A stretch of 64,000 nt of DNA, taken from positions 13,060 to 77,059 of the IMG/VR virus record IMGVR_UViG_3300032234_001062; one strand, written 5' to 3'. This DNA is from a virus (Duplodnaviria > Caudoviricetes). Both the position numbers and the translations under genes were made by a program. Shown here piece by piece: positions 30,808 through 40,901 of the stretch. Below the pieces are notes generated by a model. It was given only the letters and a program-made list of their open reading frames with translations. It searched no databases and was not told where the DNA came from. Position 1 is the first letter of the stretch. Each line of letters begins with the position of its first letter.

Positions 30808-33800
30808 ATGCCACAAATTAAAGTAATACATAATAATTTTTTATTATTGATAGGTGCAAGAAATCCAGAAGATAGAAATGAAGGTAGTACTGCTAAATCT
30901 AGTAATTGGTTATTAGATAGTGTAAATTCTTTTGTTAATACAACAGCTGAATATATAAAAGAAAAGACTGGTAGAACCTCTGCTGATGATAAAAATACTG
31001 TTAAAAAAGAAAAATCTGATTCTACTAGCACTAAAAAAAATGAAACGAATGCTAATAAAAGTAATGGAATTACAATTGAAACTCCTAAACGAACTGGACA
31101 AAGATTACTAAAACAGACGGTTACAAACTCAGGAAATAAAAATGAATCAAGTTTACAACAAAATTCTGAGCAAGTAAGTGATAAAAAAACTGAAGATATT
31201 GCTCCTAAAAAACAAAATAATGAATCAGTAACTAATTCAAAAGGTTCTAGTAGTGGTAGTATTAATACAGCAGACACTACTAGTAATACGAATAATATAA
31301 ATTCTGGACAAGGAGGATATTCTCCTTTACCTAGTAATTACGGAGATAATTACACAGATAATTTTTATCTAAATAATTATAAAAGTACAGATTATGATAG
31401 TTCTAAAGGAGCTTTTTTAACTGAAAAAAATAATAATCAGTTAGAAACAGTAAAAGGAGAACCTAAAACATTTAAAATAGATCCTGATAAGCAAGAAGAT
31501 ATAAAAAAAATTAAAGAAGAATTGAAAAAAAAAGTACCATTATTAAATTTAAATAATGTTAAAATATCTAATAAAAAACCTCTTTTTATAAAAAGTTATT
31601 CAGCTCATCATTTTTTAAATCCTTATATTAGATGCTATATTGTAATAAAAAATTTTAATGATGAATTTTCTTTTAGAGAGAATCTAGAAACGACTTTTTT
31701 TGATATACCATATAACATGATAGAATCTTTTAGTATTGAGTATGCAAGTCAATCAGCAATAAATGGAAATTTTAGACTAACAGTAAGTGATACTAGTGGA
31801 GTAATAGGAAATATTTTTACTGCTATGTTATATAGTTTAGGATATAATGCTGATCTGATAAATGGAGTTCCTAAAATTAACATAGAATTTGGTTGGAGTA
31901 CAAAAGGACTTAAAAGATTACCAAAAAGAGAGAAAAATAGAATGTTAACTAAAAACTTTTTTTCTGAGTTTTTAGTTATAGGCATAGATATGAATTATGA
32001 TCAAAAATTTAAACAAGAAATAGTAATATCTGGTAGACAAGAAAAAACAAGTATTAGTGCTTTATTAGATGATCCTAATTCTAAAATTACACCTTATGCA
32101 TTATTAGGACAATATCCAACTGAAGCATTAAAAATGTTAGTATATCATAATGTTTTAAGAAATGCAAGTATAAGTAAAGTTGATAATCAAAAATTTATTG
32201 ACGATGTATTTAAACCAAATAAAAATAACGCTAAAGAATTATCTAAACAACACAATGATGCAATAAATGAATTTAAAACATGTAGTTTTAATCCAAATTT
32301 TTTTGGAAAAAAAATTAAAGAAGATCAAAAAAAATTATTAAGTGATTTTAGACCACAAATTGCTACTTTAATTCAACCAAACACTTTTTTTAATAGTTTT
32401 ACATTTAATAATACAAAAAATATAGAAAAAATATTAGCAATTAAAAGTCAAAATTTAACTAATATACAATCTCAATCATATTTTTCTCCATTTTTATTAT
32501 TTTCTTTTATGTTAAATATGTATATAAATGAAGTTATAAAAGAAGAAGCTGAATTAAGTTCATATATATTAAGTTTCGTTGATTTTACAAATGTTAAATG
32601 GGGAATATCAACTCCAGGTACTACTAAAATATCACAAATAGACACATTTGAAACGTTATGTAGTTATGAATATAATGCTTCAATTAATAGATTAAATTCT
32701 AAACAGGAATCTTTTTTAAATTCTAATAATTTTAAATTATCACCTAAGGATACATGGGGAGAAGTATTAGAACTTTTAATAAGTAAAATTTTTATTTCTG
32801 AAACTAATCCGCCAGAAAGATTATTTATGGTTCACAATAAATATACTAGTCAAAACATTAATTCAGATCCTACTAAAGAAAGAACTTATACCGAGTTTGA
32901 TGATTTAAAGGCAAAAGGTAGATTAAATTATTCACTTAGATCAAAAGATACTTTATTACAACATATAGATTTAGTAGTTGAATCATTAGAAAAAAATAAA
33001 GATAATTCTAAAAAAAATAATAATGATGTAATTGTAAAAAGTTTAAAAGCTGAAAAAACTAAGATTGAAGAATTTATAGCAACAAATACAGATTTTATAT
33101 TTTTTGTTATAAGTCCTGGAGCTAGTTTTGTGACTGAAAAAAATTTACAAAGCTTTCTTATATTACAACAATATACCGTATTTCCAAAAATAAATAGTTC
33201 TAAAAACTTATCATATCAAAATTTCAATTCTGGTAAAAAGAGACTTAGAGATGAATCTTTTCCAGATGTAATAAGTTTTCAACCAAAAATAAATTTTTTA
33301 AATACTATTGCTGATCATATAAATCATGTTAGTGATATTGAATTAAGTACCGGATTTCTTAAAGCAGCTGAATCCACAATATCTATAAAATTTGATAAAG
33401 AAAATGAATCTAAAAAAACATTAAAAGAACTGATTGAAGAAATAAATAAAATTTTAAAAACTGACGCTGATTCAACATTAAAAATAACACTTAACACTGA
33501 AGGATATTATCAAATAAATGATTTTACAAGTGCAACTGTTAATTCTGAAAATTTAAAATTGATTAATGAATATATAACTAAACATACTATATCAAAATTA
33601 ACACAAAAACAAAAAAAAGATTTTAATTCTGATGATTATAAAGAAATAGTTACAAGATTCGAAAATTTAAAAAATGAAATAGAACAAAAAAGAAAAAAAA
33701 TAGCATATGGATATCATTTTGATAAATTAAATACTATTTTTAAAAAATCTTTAAATGCTTTACCTAGCGATAATTTTTCTTCTGAATTTTATAATTATCA

Positions 33801-34089
33801 AGATTTATCTAATCGTTATAATTTAGAATTAGCGCAATCTGCTGGTAATTTTGATGCTGAATTAAAAATATTAGGAGAACCTGCATTTACTTTTGATTTT
33901 CTTCCAATAGGTTTTATATTAATTAAAGTTAATAATTTTGATGGTACTTTAAATGAATTTTTATCTGGTATTTATAGAATTGTTAAAATGAAACATGAAA
34001 TAGAAAAAGGTAATTTTTTTACAACTTTATCTTTACAATATGTATTAGAATCATATCGTGGAGATAAAGGAAAAATTAAAAATGGGTAA
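30808..34089 (+). CDS. Baseplate hub protein (T4 gp27 / P2 gpD-like) with low-complexity N-terminus
   Basis: 1093 aa. C-terminal AELKILGEP...SGIYRIVKMKHEI..G.F.T.L.L is typical of gpD/gp27 hubs; directly upstream of the tape measure gene. Confidence 0.65.
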   Translation: MPQIKVIHNNFLLLIGARNPEDRNEGSTAKSSNWLLDSVNSFVNTTAEYIKEKTGRTSADDKNTVKKEKSDSTSTKKNETNANKSNGITIETPKRTGQRLLKQTVTNSGNKNESSLQQNSEQVSDKKTEDIAPKKQNNESVTNSKGSSSGSINTADTTSNTNNINSGQGGYSPLPSNYGDNYTDNFYLNNYKSTDYDSSKGAFLTEKNNNQLETVKGEPKTFKIDPDKQEDIKKIKEELKKKVPLLNLNNVKISNKKPLFIKSYSAHHFLNPYIRCYIVIKNFNDEFSFRENLETTFFDIPYNMIESFSIEYASQSAINGNFRLTVSDTSGVIGNIFTAMLYSLGYNADLINGVPKINIEFGWSTKGLKRLPKREKNRMLTKNFFSEFLVIGIDMNYDQKFKQEIVISGRQEKTSISALLDDPNSKITPYALLGQYPTEALKMLVYHNVLRNASISKVDNQKFIDDVFKPNKNNAKELSKQHNDAINEFKTCSFNPNFFGKKIKEDQKKLLSDFRPQIATLIQPNTFFNSFTFNNTKNIEKILAIKSQNLTNIQSQSYFSPFLLFSFMLNMYINEVIKEEAELSSYILSFVDFTNVKWGISTPGTTKISQIDTFETLCSYEYNASINRLNSKQESFLNSNNFKLSPKDTWGEVLELLISKIFISETNPPERLFMVHNKYTSQNINSDPTKERTYTEFDDLKAKGRLNYSLRSKDTLLQHIDLVVESLEKNKDNSKKNNNDVIVKSLKAEKTKIEEFIATNTDFIFFVISPGASFVTEKNLQSFLILQQYTVFPKINSSKNLSYQNFNSGKKRLRDESFPDVISFQPKINFLNTIADHINHVSDIELSTGFLKAAESTISIKFDKENESKKTLKELIEEINKILKTDADSTLKITLNTEGYYQINDFTSATVNSENLKLINEYITKHTISKLTQKQKKDFNSDDYKEIVTRFENLKNEIEQKRKKIAYGYHFDKLNTIFKKSLNALPSDNFSSEFYNYQDLSNRYNLELAQSAGNFDAELKILGEPAFTFDFLPIGFILIKVNNFDGTLNEFLSGIYRIVKMKHEIEKGNFFTTLSLQYVLESYRGDKGKIKNG

Positions 34090-34095
34090 TAATAA

Positions 34096-37000
34096 TTGGC
34101 AAAAGATCAAATAAGTTTTGAAATTAAATCTAATTTAGATAAAGTAGCTAAACAAGCAAAAAATTTATCAGATAATGTTAATATACTTTCTAATTCATTT
34201 AAAAGAAAAAACATATTATTATCACAACAAAATAAATTAGAAAATAAAAGTTCTGAATCAGTAAAACAATTAAATAAAGAATATCAAGATTTAAATTCTG
34301 GAGTTAAAGGATTTATTGATAAAGGTGCTGAACTTAGAAGAATTTATAGAAGCACAGATAACGATATTAAAAAATCAACAAATTCTATGCGAGGCTTTTC
34401 TGAACAGATTAAAGGAACAGTCAGCAATGATTATGATAAAGAATTTGAAAAACAAATAAAAAAAATTAGAGAAATAGAAAATACTATTGCTAACTCAATT
34501 ATAAAAACATTAGATAGGATTCATAATCTTGGGGTTCAATTAACTTTAGAAGCTAATCAATTAAAACCATTTGCTATGGAATTTATGAATTCATTTTCTT
34601 TTAATCCATTAAAGTTTTTTGGTGCTGGTCAAGCAATGAAAGAATCTTTTGAATTAATGAAATATTTTCAACAGATGAGACATGAATTAGCAGCATTAAG
34701 TGATTCTAGTGGTGATGCATCTAAAGCTGTAAGTTTAGTATATGAAGTTGCTGGAGGAAGCGCAGTTGCTAGTGGAACTGCTACAGGAATTTTAAAGACA
34801 TTAGCTGATCAAGGTATTATTGTTAATTCTGAATTAAAATCAATAGGTATTTTAAGTGGTAATTTACAAGCAGCAACTGGTATCGCAGCAAGTACTTGGG
34901 CTGGTTTTACTGGAGAATTAGCTTTTAATTATGGTATTCCAACAGAAGGATTAGAAAACATTACATCAGCTTTAATTGGTACTAATTTAAGAGGTGCTCA
35001 ATTAGAAAAAGCAATGCAAAGTGTTAATAAAATTTTACAAACAACAGGTTTTATTGCTGGTAAACCAACTACTGAATCAATTCAATCATTAACTAAAGCA
35101 GTTGGTGGATCAATGAAAGTTTTTCAATCAATGGGTATTAGCGCTGAAAAAGCTGGTGGATTTATTGAAGGTATTGTTGATCCAGAAAATTTTGAAAAAA
35201 ATGCTTTCTTATTTGCTAAAATGGGTATTAATGCTTCTGAATATGCTGATTATTTAAATGACGCTGATGGTCAACAGAAATTATTACAAAAAACAATGGA
35301 GAATTTACCTAGAGTTGCAAGTGAAATTGCTAATATTCAAAATCCATTTGCTAGATTACAATTTGCTAAAACTATTGGTTTAGATATGCAAATCGTTAGA
35401 AACATGGCAGGTAAAACTCAAGCTGAAATTCAACAGATGATTACTGAATACGAAGCTAAAAATAAGGCTAACGAAGCACTAGAAGAAAAGAAAAAAAGAA
35501 TGGCGGCTGAGGCTGCTAAATTTGATGATATGATGATGGGTTTAAAATTAAAAGTTTTAGCACCTATTATGAAATTTTTATCTGATGGAGCACTAAGCGA
35601 TTTTATTAGTATTTTACCAACTATTGCGGTTACAATTGGTCGTATTTTTGAAGCTATGGTTCCAATATTAAAAGTTCTTACTGATGGCTTTAATGAATTA
35701 GTTCCACTATTTAGTGATTTTGTAGAAAGATTTGTTGCTCCTTTTGTACAAGCATTTCCAAAAATATTAGAATTTTTACTTAATAAATTACCTTTTATGA
35801 ATACAAGAGAAGGTGAAACTGGAAATGAAACTCCAGCGCAAAAATTATTTTTAATAGTAAGTAATATTTTAGGATATTTAACAAAAATTTATCTTTTAGT
35901 ATTAGCATGGAAAGGATTAAATTTTTTAGGAGATTCTTTTAATAAAATTAAAGGATTTTTTGTTCCTGGACAAAAACGAGTTATCGATGCTACAGTAGAT
36001 GAACTAGCAGGAGCAATTAGAGGCACACCTATGAAAGGTGGTGGTAATTTACTTAGTATGTTAGGTTTAGGAACTAGAGTATTAGGAGGAATTGGATTAG
36101 CACTTGGTGGTGGTTATTTAACAAAAAGTATATATGAGAAAATAAGTGGAAATGATGATACTAAAGTACCATTAGGAGAGATGCATAAAGGTGATTTAGC
36201 CTCTTCATTTGGATTTCGAGCTTCTACTTATGCTTTACCAAGTGCATTTGGTGGATTTGGTGTACAAGGACTTAAAAATATATCTGCTGAAGCAAAATTA
36301 ATGCAAGAACTTGCTAGAACTGGGATGTATAGTAAAGGAGAACTTATAAAAGGAGGAGCTGGTAGTGGCTTGAAATTTGTTCGACCATTAGCAATGGGAT
36401 ATGATGCTTATAGAATAGTTTCAGCTGATACTCAAGAAGAACAATTAGGTGCTGTTGGAGCATTAAGTGGAGGATTATTAGGTGGAGTATTAGCTGGATC
36501 TTTAGCAGCGGCTCTTCCAAGTGGCGGAACATCTTTAGTTGTTGGCGGATTAATGAGTTTAGGTTTAGCACTTGGAGGTGAAGCTATTATGAGAAAATAT
36601 GGTGCAAGTTTAGATCTTCAAAGAGCAGGAATTAATAAACAAATAGATGATAATTTATCTAAAATAAAAGATGGAATTGCTAATGGAATGACTAATATAT
36701 TTAATGCATTTAATTTAGATAGAATGGATATTGTTGGAAAACAAGTTAGTAATTCTATAAATATGATGTTAGATGGTATAATGATGAGATTATCGAAGAG
36801 TTTTTTTCTAAGTGGATTATATAAAGTATCAGATACAAGTGACGTATCTTCTGGTAAAGTAAATCAAGCTAATAGATATTTTGAGGAATCATTAAAAAAA
36901 GCAAATCTAGATGTAATAATTAGTGATTTTAAAAAATTAGAAAAAGAGCAGGGAACTTTTGGGACGGCAGAGGAAAGAGTTCGAATGTTTGAAGACAGTA

Positions 37001-37323
37001 TTATGAAAACTCTCAAGAGTGATCAAGCTGTATATCTAGCATCATTAAAAAATGCTGGTTTAAGTGAAGATCAAGTTAAAAGTGCACAGTTATTATCTGA
37101 AAATATGTTAATAGGAAAACAAACTGAAATGATAACTAAACTAAATGAATTAGTAAGACATGGTGAAAAAAACAATCAATATTCTAAAAAAAATATTGAG
37201 CAAAATCAAACAATGATTGATCAAAATAAAAAAACTAGTGAAGATATAGGACAATATATTAGTAACAGTACTAATAATTTAAAGATAAATATTAGTGGTG
37301 GATTTTCAAAAATAGCACAATAA
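34096..37323 (+). CDS. Tail tape measure protein
   Basis: 1075 aa, TTG start. Coiled-coil N-terminus, Ala/Gly-rich helical repeats, hydrophobic GG-L stretches; lies between hub and tube-initiator genes. Confidence 0.85.
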   Translation: MAKDQISFEIKSNLDKVAKQAKNLSDNVNILSNSFKRKNILLSQQNKLENKSSESVKQLNKEYQDLNSGVKGFIDKGAELRRIYRSTDNDIKKSTNSMRGFSEQIKGTVSNDYDKEFEKQIKKIREIENTIANSIIKTLDRIHNLGVQLTLEANQLKPFAMEFMNSFSFNPLKFFGAGQAMKESFELMKYFQQMRHELAALSDSSGDASKAVSLVYEVAGGSAVASGTATGILKTLADQGIIVNSELKSIGILSGNLQAATGIAASTWAGFTGELAFNYGIPTEGLENITSALIGTNLRGAQLEKAMQSVNKILQTTGFIAGKPTTESIQSLTKAVGGSMKVFQSMGISAEKAGGFIEGIVDPENFEKNAFLFAKMGINASEYADYLNDADGQQKLLQKTMENLPRVASEIANIQNPFARLQFAKTIGLDMQIVRNMAGKTQAEIQQMITEYEAKNKANEALEEKKKRMAAEAAKFDDMMMGLKLKVLAPIMKFLSDGALSDFISILPTIAVTIGRIFEAMVPILKVLTDGFNELVPLFSDFVERFVAPFVQAFPKILEFLLNKLPFMNTREGETGNETPAQKLFLIVSNILGYLTKIYLLVLAWKGLNFLGDSFNKIKGFFVPGQKRVIDATVDELAGAIRGTPMKGGGNLLSMLGLGTRVLGGIGLALGGGYLTKSIYEKISGNDDTKVPLGEMHKGDLASSFGFRASTYALPSAFGGFGVQGLKNISAEAKLMQELARTGMYSKGELIKGGAGSGLKFVRPLAMGYDAYRIVSADTQEEQLGAVGALSGGLLGGVLAGSLAAALPSGGTSLVVGGLMSLGLALGGEAIMRKYGASLDLQRAGINKQIDDNLSKIKDGIANGMTNIFNAFNLDRMDIVGKQVSNSINMMLDGIMMRLSKSFFLSGLYKVSDTSDVSSGKVNQANRYFEESLKKANLDVIISDFKKLEKEQGTFGTAEERVRMFEDSIMKTLKSDQAVYLASLKNAGLSEDQVKSAQLLSENMLIGKQTEMITKLNELVRHGEKNNQYSKKNIEQNQTMIDQNKKTSEDIGQYISNSTNNLKINISGGFSKIAQ

Positions 37324-37339
37324 TTAAAGGAATAATATA

Positions 37340-38077
37340 ATGGCATCAAGAAATCAAAACATGAGAATTTTTTTTAAAGGTCATCAACCAGGTAGATATC
37401 GTTATCAGCCGATGAATGCTTGGAAATTTGGTTTGATAATGCAAGACCGTAGATTGAGAGGAACAGCTTATGGATTAAGAAAAACACATATTCCTTTTCA
37501 ATATTTAGGAGAAAATGCTGAATTACCAAATTTACAAAAAACAGCTAATTATGATGAAACACAAATTTTAGGTAGATTTGAACCTTTAAAAACTTATAAT
37601 AATAGTAGTGATATAAAATTTACTTTAAATTTAGTTTATTTCGCAGATGCAACTGATAGAATTTCACCTACTCCTTTTCCTGGTTCAGAAATACTTGGCC
37701 CAGTTCAAAGTCCTTGGACGATTGAGCAGATTAGTCGAATTAGTGCTAAATTAGAATCATTAGTTTATCCTCAATATGATGGTAAATATTCTCCTCCTAG
37801 ATATTGTTTACTAAATATTGGAGCTATTTTTATTGATTTTCCTATAATAATAACTAGTGTTAACATTCAACACATGACTCCTTATAGTACTAGGGATTTA
37901 ACTCCAATGAGAAGAACAGTGACTCTTGAGTGTTCCTCTTCTTTTCCACTTTATCAAGCAATAGGTAGTGATTCAATTTTAAATCAAGCTTTAGATAAAG
38001 ATTTTACAACTGGCCTTACTAATTTTCCAAGAAAGGTTTATGCATATCGAAAATTTAAAAGGAATACTAATTTATGA
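37340..38077 (+). CDS. Baseplate tail-tube initiator (T4 gp48/gp54 or CIS tube-like)
   Basis: 245 aa. ANYDETQILGRFEP..TY.NS...F.L.L...LESLVYP.Y....PP...L.IG pattern. Confidence 0.7.
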   Translation: MASRNQNMRIFFKGHQPGRYRYQPMNAWKFGLIMQDRRLRGTAYGLRKTHIPFQYLGENAELPNLQKTANYDETQILGRFEPLKTYNNSSDIKFTLNLVYFADATDRISPTPFPGSEILGPVQSPWTIEQISRISAKLESLVYPQYDGKYSPPRYCLLNIGAIFIDFPIIITSVNIQHMTPYSTRDLTPMRRTVTLECSSSFPLYQAIGSDSILNQALDKDFTTGLTNFPRKVYAYRKFKRNTNL

Positions 38078-38409
38078 ACAATCTTTTTGATTATGGAACA
38101 ATAGTAAATGATTTAGATATTAATAGAAGAACTATCTCATATCGTTCTATATGTTATACTCCTAAAATGCCATTACAAAAATATTTATTTAAAACAAATA
38201 TTTTACAAACTGAGAAGTATCGTCCAGATAAAGTTGCTTATCGTTTATTTGAGGATCCAACATTAAGTTGGGTATTAGATGAAATAAATAATCTTTATAG
38301 TTTTAAAGATTATTATCCAAATAGAGAAATATATTATTTAGATAATAGAGGTTTAAATTTTATTGGCATTGATAGTGATTATGTTCCTTATGATTATGAT
38401 AATTTTTAA
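38074..38409 (+). CDS. Baseplate wedge protein (T4 gp53 / LysM-like)
   Basis: 111 aa. YRPDKVAYRLFEDPTLSWVLDEINN is the gp53/gpX pattern. Confidence 0.75.
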   Translation: MNNLFDYGTIVNDLDINRRTISYRSICYTPKMPLQKYLFKTNILQTEKYRPDKVAYRLFEDPTLSWVLDEINNLYSFKDYYPNREIYYLDNRGLNFIGIDSDYVPYDYDNF

Positions 38410-38431
38410 AAATTACTATATAATATAAAAA

Positions 38432-39805
38432 ATGGTAGATTTTCAAAGAAATTCTTTTTCAAGTAATTCATCAATAGAAATAGGATTAATATTAAAAACT
38501 AATACATCTCAAGGTGAGTTCTTATCTTATAATGTTTTTATTGAGAATTTTCATAATGAAAAAGAATTCACGACCGGTATTCCAATTTTTTCTTTTGGAT
38601 ATAATTCATATACATATATTGTAGGAAGTAGGGTTGTTTGTCTAATTAAAGATGGTGATTATAATCAAGTAATTATTATTGGACAAATTTACGATAAAAA
38701 CATTCAAAGAAAAGTTTTACCTCCTACTTCTGGTCAATTACAATTATCAACTAGTTCAGGACAAAAAACTGGTTTTGCAGAATTTGGATTTAATGATAAA
38801 TTTTTAATGTATGCTGGTAATTCAAATTTAAAATTTGATTCTACATCTTTTGAATTTAAAGTTAATAATGACGTTTCTCTTGGATTTAGTAATTCTGAAT
38901 TTATTTTAAGATTAAATCGTGATGGAGGAGGATTTTCAATAAAAGATGATAAAACATTATTTAATAATCCTAATGGATTTTATAGTATTGCCTCTAGTGG
39001 ACCTATTTATTTTCAGGGACAAAAATTTTCTTTTACTGAAGGAAACAGCGAGAAACCGCATTTTTTAATTTCAAAAGGATTACATCGACAAATAGGAGTT
39101 GAATATTTAAATATTTTTAGTACATATAAATTCAGTGGCGGTTCTAAAGTTAAAGGAGTTGATGATACAGTTGAATGGAATATGTTAACTGGTAATTATG
39201 CAATTAGATTAGGAACTGGTGATTTTAAAGTAAATTTAATGAATAGTTTAGGTGCAGAAGTATATTTTAAAATTGGAATTGGACCTTTATATTTATCTCA
39301 ATTTTCTCTTACACAAAGTGCATTAGAAGTAAAAATAGGAACTGCTCTTCCTGACTCTTTAAAATTAGGAGGAGGAACGCTAGATATTAAAGTTGGAAAT
39401 TTTCCAGGATTACAAACTGAATTTTTATTAGAAGATAGTACTGCAGAATTAAAAGTTAAAGGTATTTTTGGTGATTCTACTTTTACTCAAAAAACTATCT
39501 CAATAAAATTTGAAAATAATTCAACTTTTACAGGAGCTTCTGCTAGTCTTGAAATAGCAAGTGGTAAATTAATTCTTACTTCAGCATCTAAAGCATTAGG
39601 AGGAAGAATAACTCTAGATGGAGAAGTAACTATTACTGGTAAATTAATAGTTGATAATGAAATTTACAGTAGTAGTGATATTTTTGCTAAGGCTACTATA
39701 TTAGGAGATTCAGTCTCTAAATCACCGCAAACAGTTGGTCTTTCTACTCATAAACATCCAACAGCAGTACCTGGACCAGTATCTTCTCCAACACCTGGAA
39801 CTTGA
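38432..39805 (+). CDS. Baseplate central spike (gp5/VgrG/gpV-like)
   Basis: 457 aa. N-terminal OB-fold pattern (GSRVVCLIKDGD....IIGQ), beta-helix-like middle, terminal LSTHKHP (HxH metal-binding tip). Confidence 0.75.
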   Translation: MVDFQRNSFSSNSSIEIGLILKTNTSQGEFLSYNVFIENFHNEKEFTTGIPIFSFGYNSYTYIVGSRVVCLIKDGDYNQVIIIGQIYDKNIQRKVLPPTSGQLQLSTSSGQKTGFAEFGFNDKFLMYAGNSNLKFDSTSFEFKVNNDVSLGFSNSEFILRLNRDGGGFSIKDDKTLFNNPNGFYSIASSGPIYFQGQKFSFTEGNSEKPHFLISKGLHRQIGVEYLNIFSTYKFSGGSKVKGVDDTVEWNMLTGNYAIRLGTGDFKVNLMNSLGAEVYFKIGIGPLYLSQFSLTQSALEVKIGTALPDSLKLGGGTLDIKVGNFPGLQTEFLLEDSTAELKVKGIFGDSTFTQKTISIKFENNSTFTGASASLEIASGKLILTSASKALGGRITLDGEVTITGKLIVDNEIYSSSDIFAKATILGDSVSKSPQTVGLSTHKHPTAVPGPVSSPTPGT

Positions 39806-39806
39806 T

Positions 39807-40334
39807 ATGGCATTAAATAAAAGTATTTTAAAAAATAGTTTATTAATAATATTTACAACTCCATCTCCAAATAAAACGATGAGTGATCATGCTGACGAAT
39901 TGGCTGATGCTTATGATACTTACTGTAAACAAGCAGAAACAGCATACGCAGCAAAATTAATAACTACTGGTAAAACTTCTTTTGCCTCAACTTTTTTAAG
40001 TTTAATTAATATTCCTACTCCTATTCTTTCAAATTATGGTTCAGCGATAGAATCAGCTTGTATATCTTATTGGAATTCTTCAGCTTTTCCAATTTTAACT
40101 GGTATACCACCAACAATATCAACTCAAACTATAACAATAACTCCTCCAACAGTAACATCAATATCTACAACAATAACTAGTGGATTAAGTCCTGGAGTTA
40201 GTGCTAGTGATGCGGCTGAAATTTTATCTAATTCTATGGATAATGGAACAAAAACTGTAAAAACAACTCACAAAGGTCCTTCTATAACTTCGCCTTTTCC
40301 AGTATTAACAATAGGACCGACTCCTATAATATGA
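39807..40334 (+). CDS. Hypothetical virion protein downstream of the spike
   Basis: ATG 39807 (MALNKSILK), one base after the spike TGA, is preferred over the 39735 start in the ORF track; 175 aa. Confidence 0.7.
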   Translation: MALNKSILKNSLLIIFTTPSPNKTMSDHADELADAYDTYCKQAETAYAAKLITTGKTSFASTFLSLINIPTPILSNYGSAIESACISYWNSSAFPILTGIPPTISTQTITITPPTVTSISTTITSGLSPGVSASDAAEILSNSMDNGTKTVKTTHKGPSITSPFPVLTIGPTPII

Positions 40335-40356
40335 AATATAATAAAGGAATAAAAAT

Positions 40357-40659
40357 ATGAAATGTTTATGTTGTGATAAAGAAGCTAAATTAAGACCTAA
40401 AATTAAAACAATATATGATAAAGATGATAATCCAATAATAATTAAAAAAAAATCTTTTATTTATGAAAAAGATTCTTTTATAGAATATGATGATATTTTA
40501 ACTGAAGATCAAGAATTGCGAGGAAAATTAGTATCAGTTACTTTAGATCAAGAAATTTTTATTGAAAAATTTTTTTGTGAAGAGTGTTATAATTCTTTTT
40601 TAAAAAATAAAATAGATGAATTAATAGAACAATTATCTCTTTTTAGGAACAAAAAATGA
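40357..40659 (+). CDS. Small Cys-motif (possible zinc-binding) protein
   Basis: 100 aa with CLCC and CEEC; AAGGA RBS. Confidence 0.7.
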   Translation: MKCLCCDKEAKLRPKIKTIYDKDDNPIIIKKKSFIYEKDSFIEYDDILTEDQELRGKLVSVTLDQEIFIEKFFCEECYNSFLKNKIDELIEQLSLFRNKK

Positions 40660-40901
40660 GTGAATCAAAAGAAACAAACGAATCAAAAGAAGAATTGAAA
40701 TTTAAAAAAATTATTGATGAAAATAATTTAATTGAACTTAAAGGTTTTTTAAACAAAATGAAAATAGTTTTAGAAAATAAATTAGAAGATAAAATAGATG
40801 AACTCACTCAATTAAAACAAGATTTACCTCATTTAATTCATTTAAAAAGAATGAGTAAATTACAACAGGAAAAAGATAATGACTCCACAAGAAATATCTA
40901 G
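40656..40901 (+). CDS. Hypothetical coiled-coil protein
   Basis: 81 aa, ATGA overlap with the upstream gene, AGGA RBS. Confidence 0.6.
   Translation: MSESKETNESKEELKFKKIIDENNLIELKGFLNKMKIVLENKLEDKIDELTQLKQDLPHLIHLKRMSKLQQEKDNDSTRNI

Noticed and set aside
23254-31985. ORFs 23254..23436, 26778..26966, 27749..28066, 28273..28548, 28452..28667, 30756..31277, 30913..31101 and 31749..31985
   Set aside because: Antisense to the wedge, portal or hub genes, or low-complexity intergenic frames.
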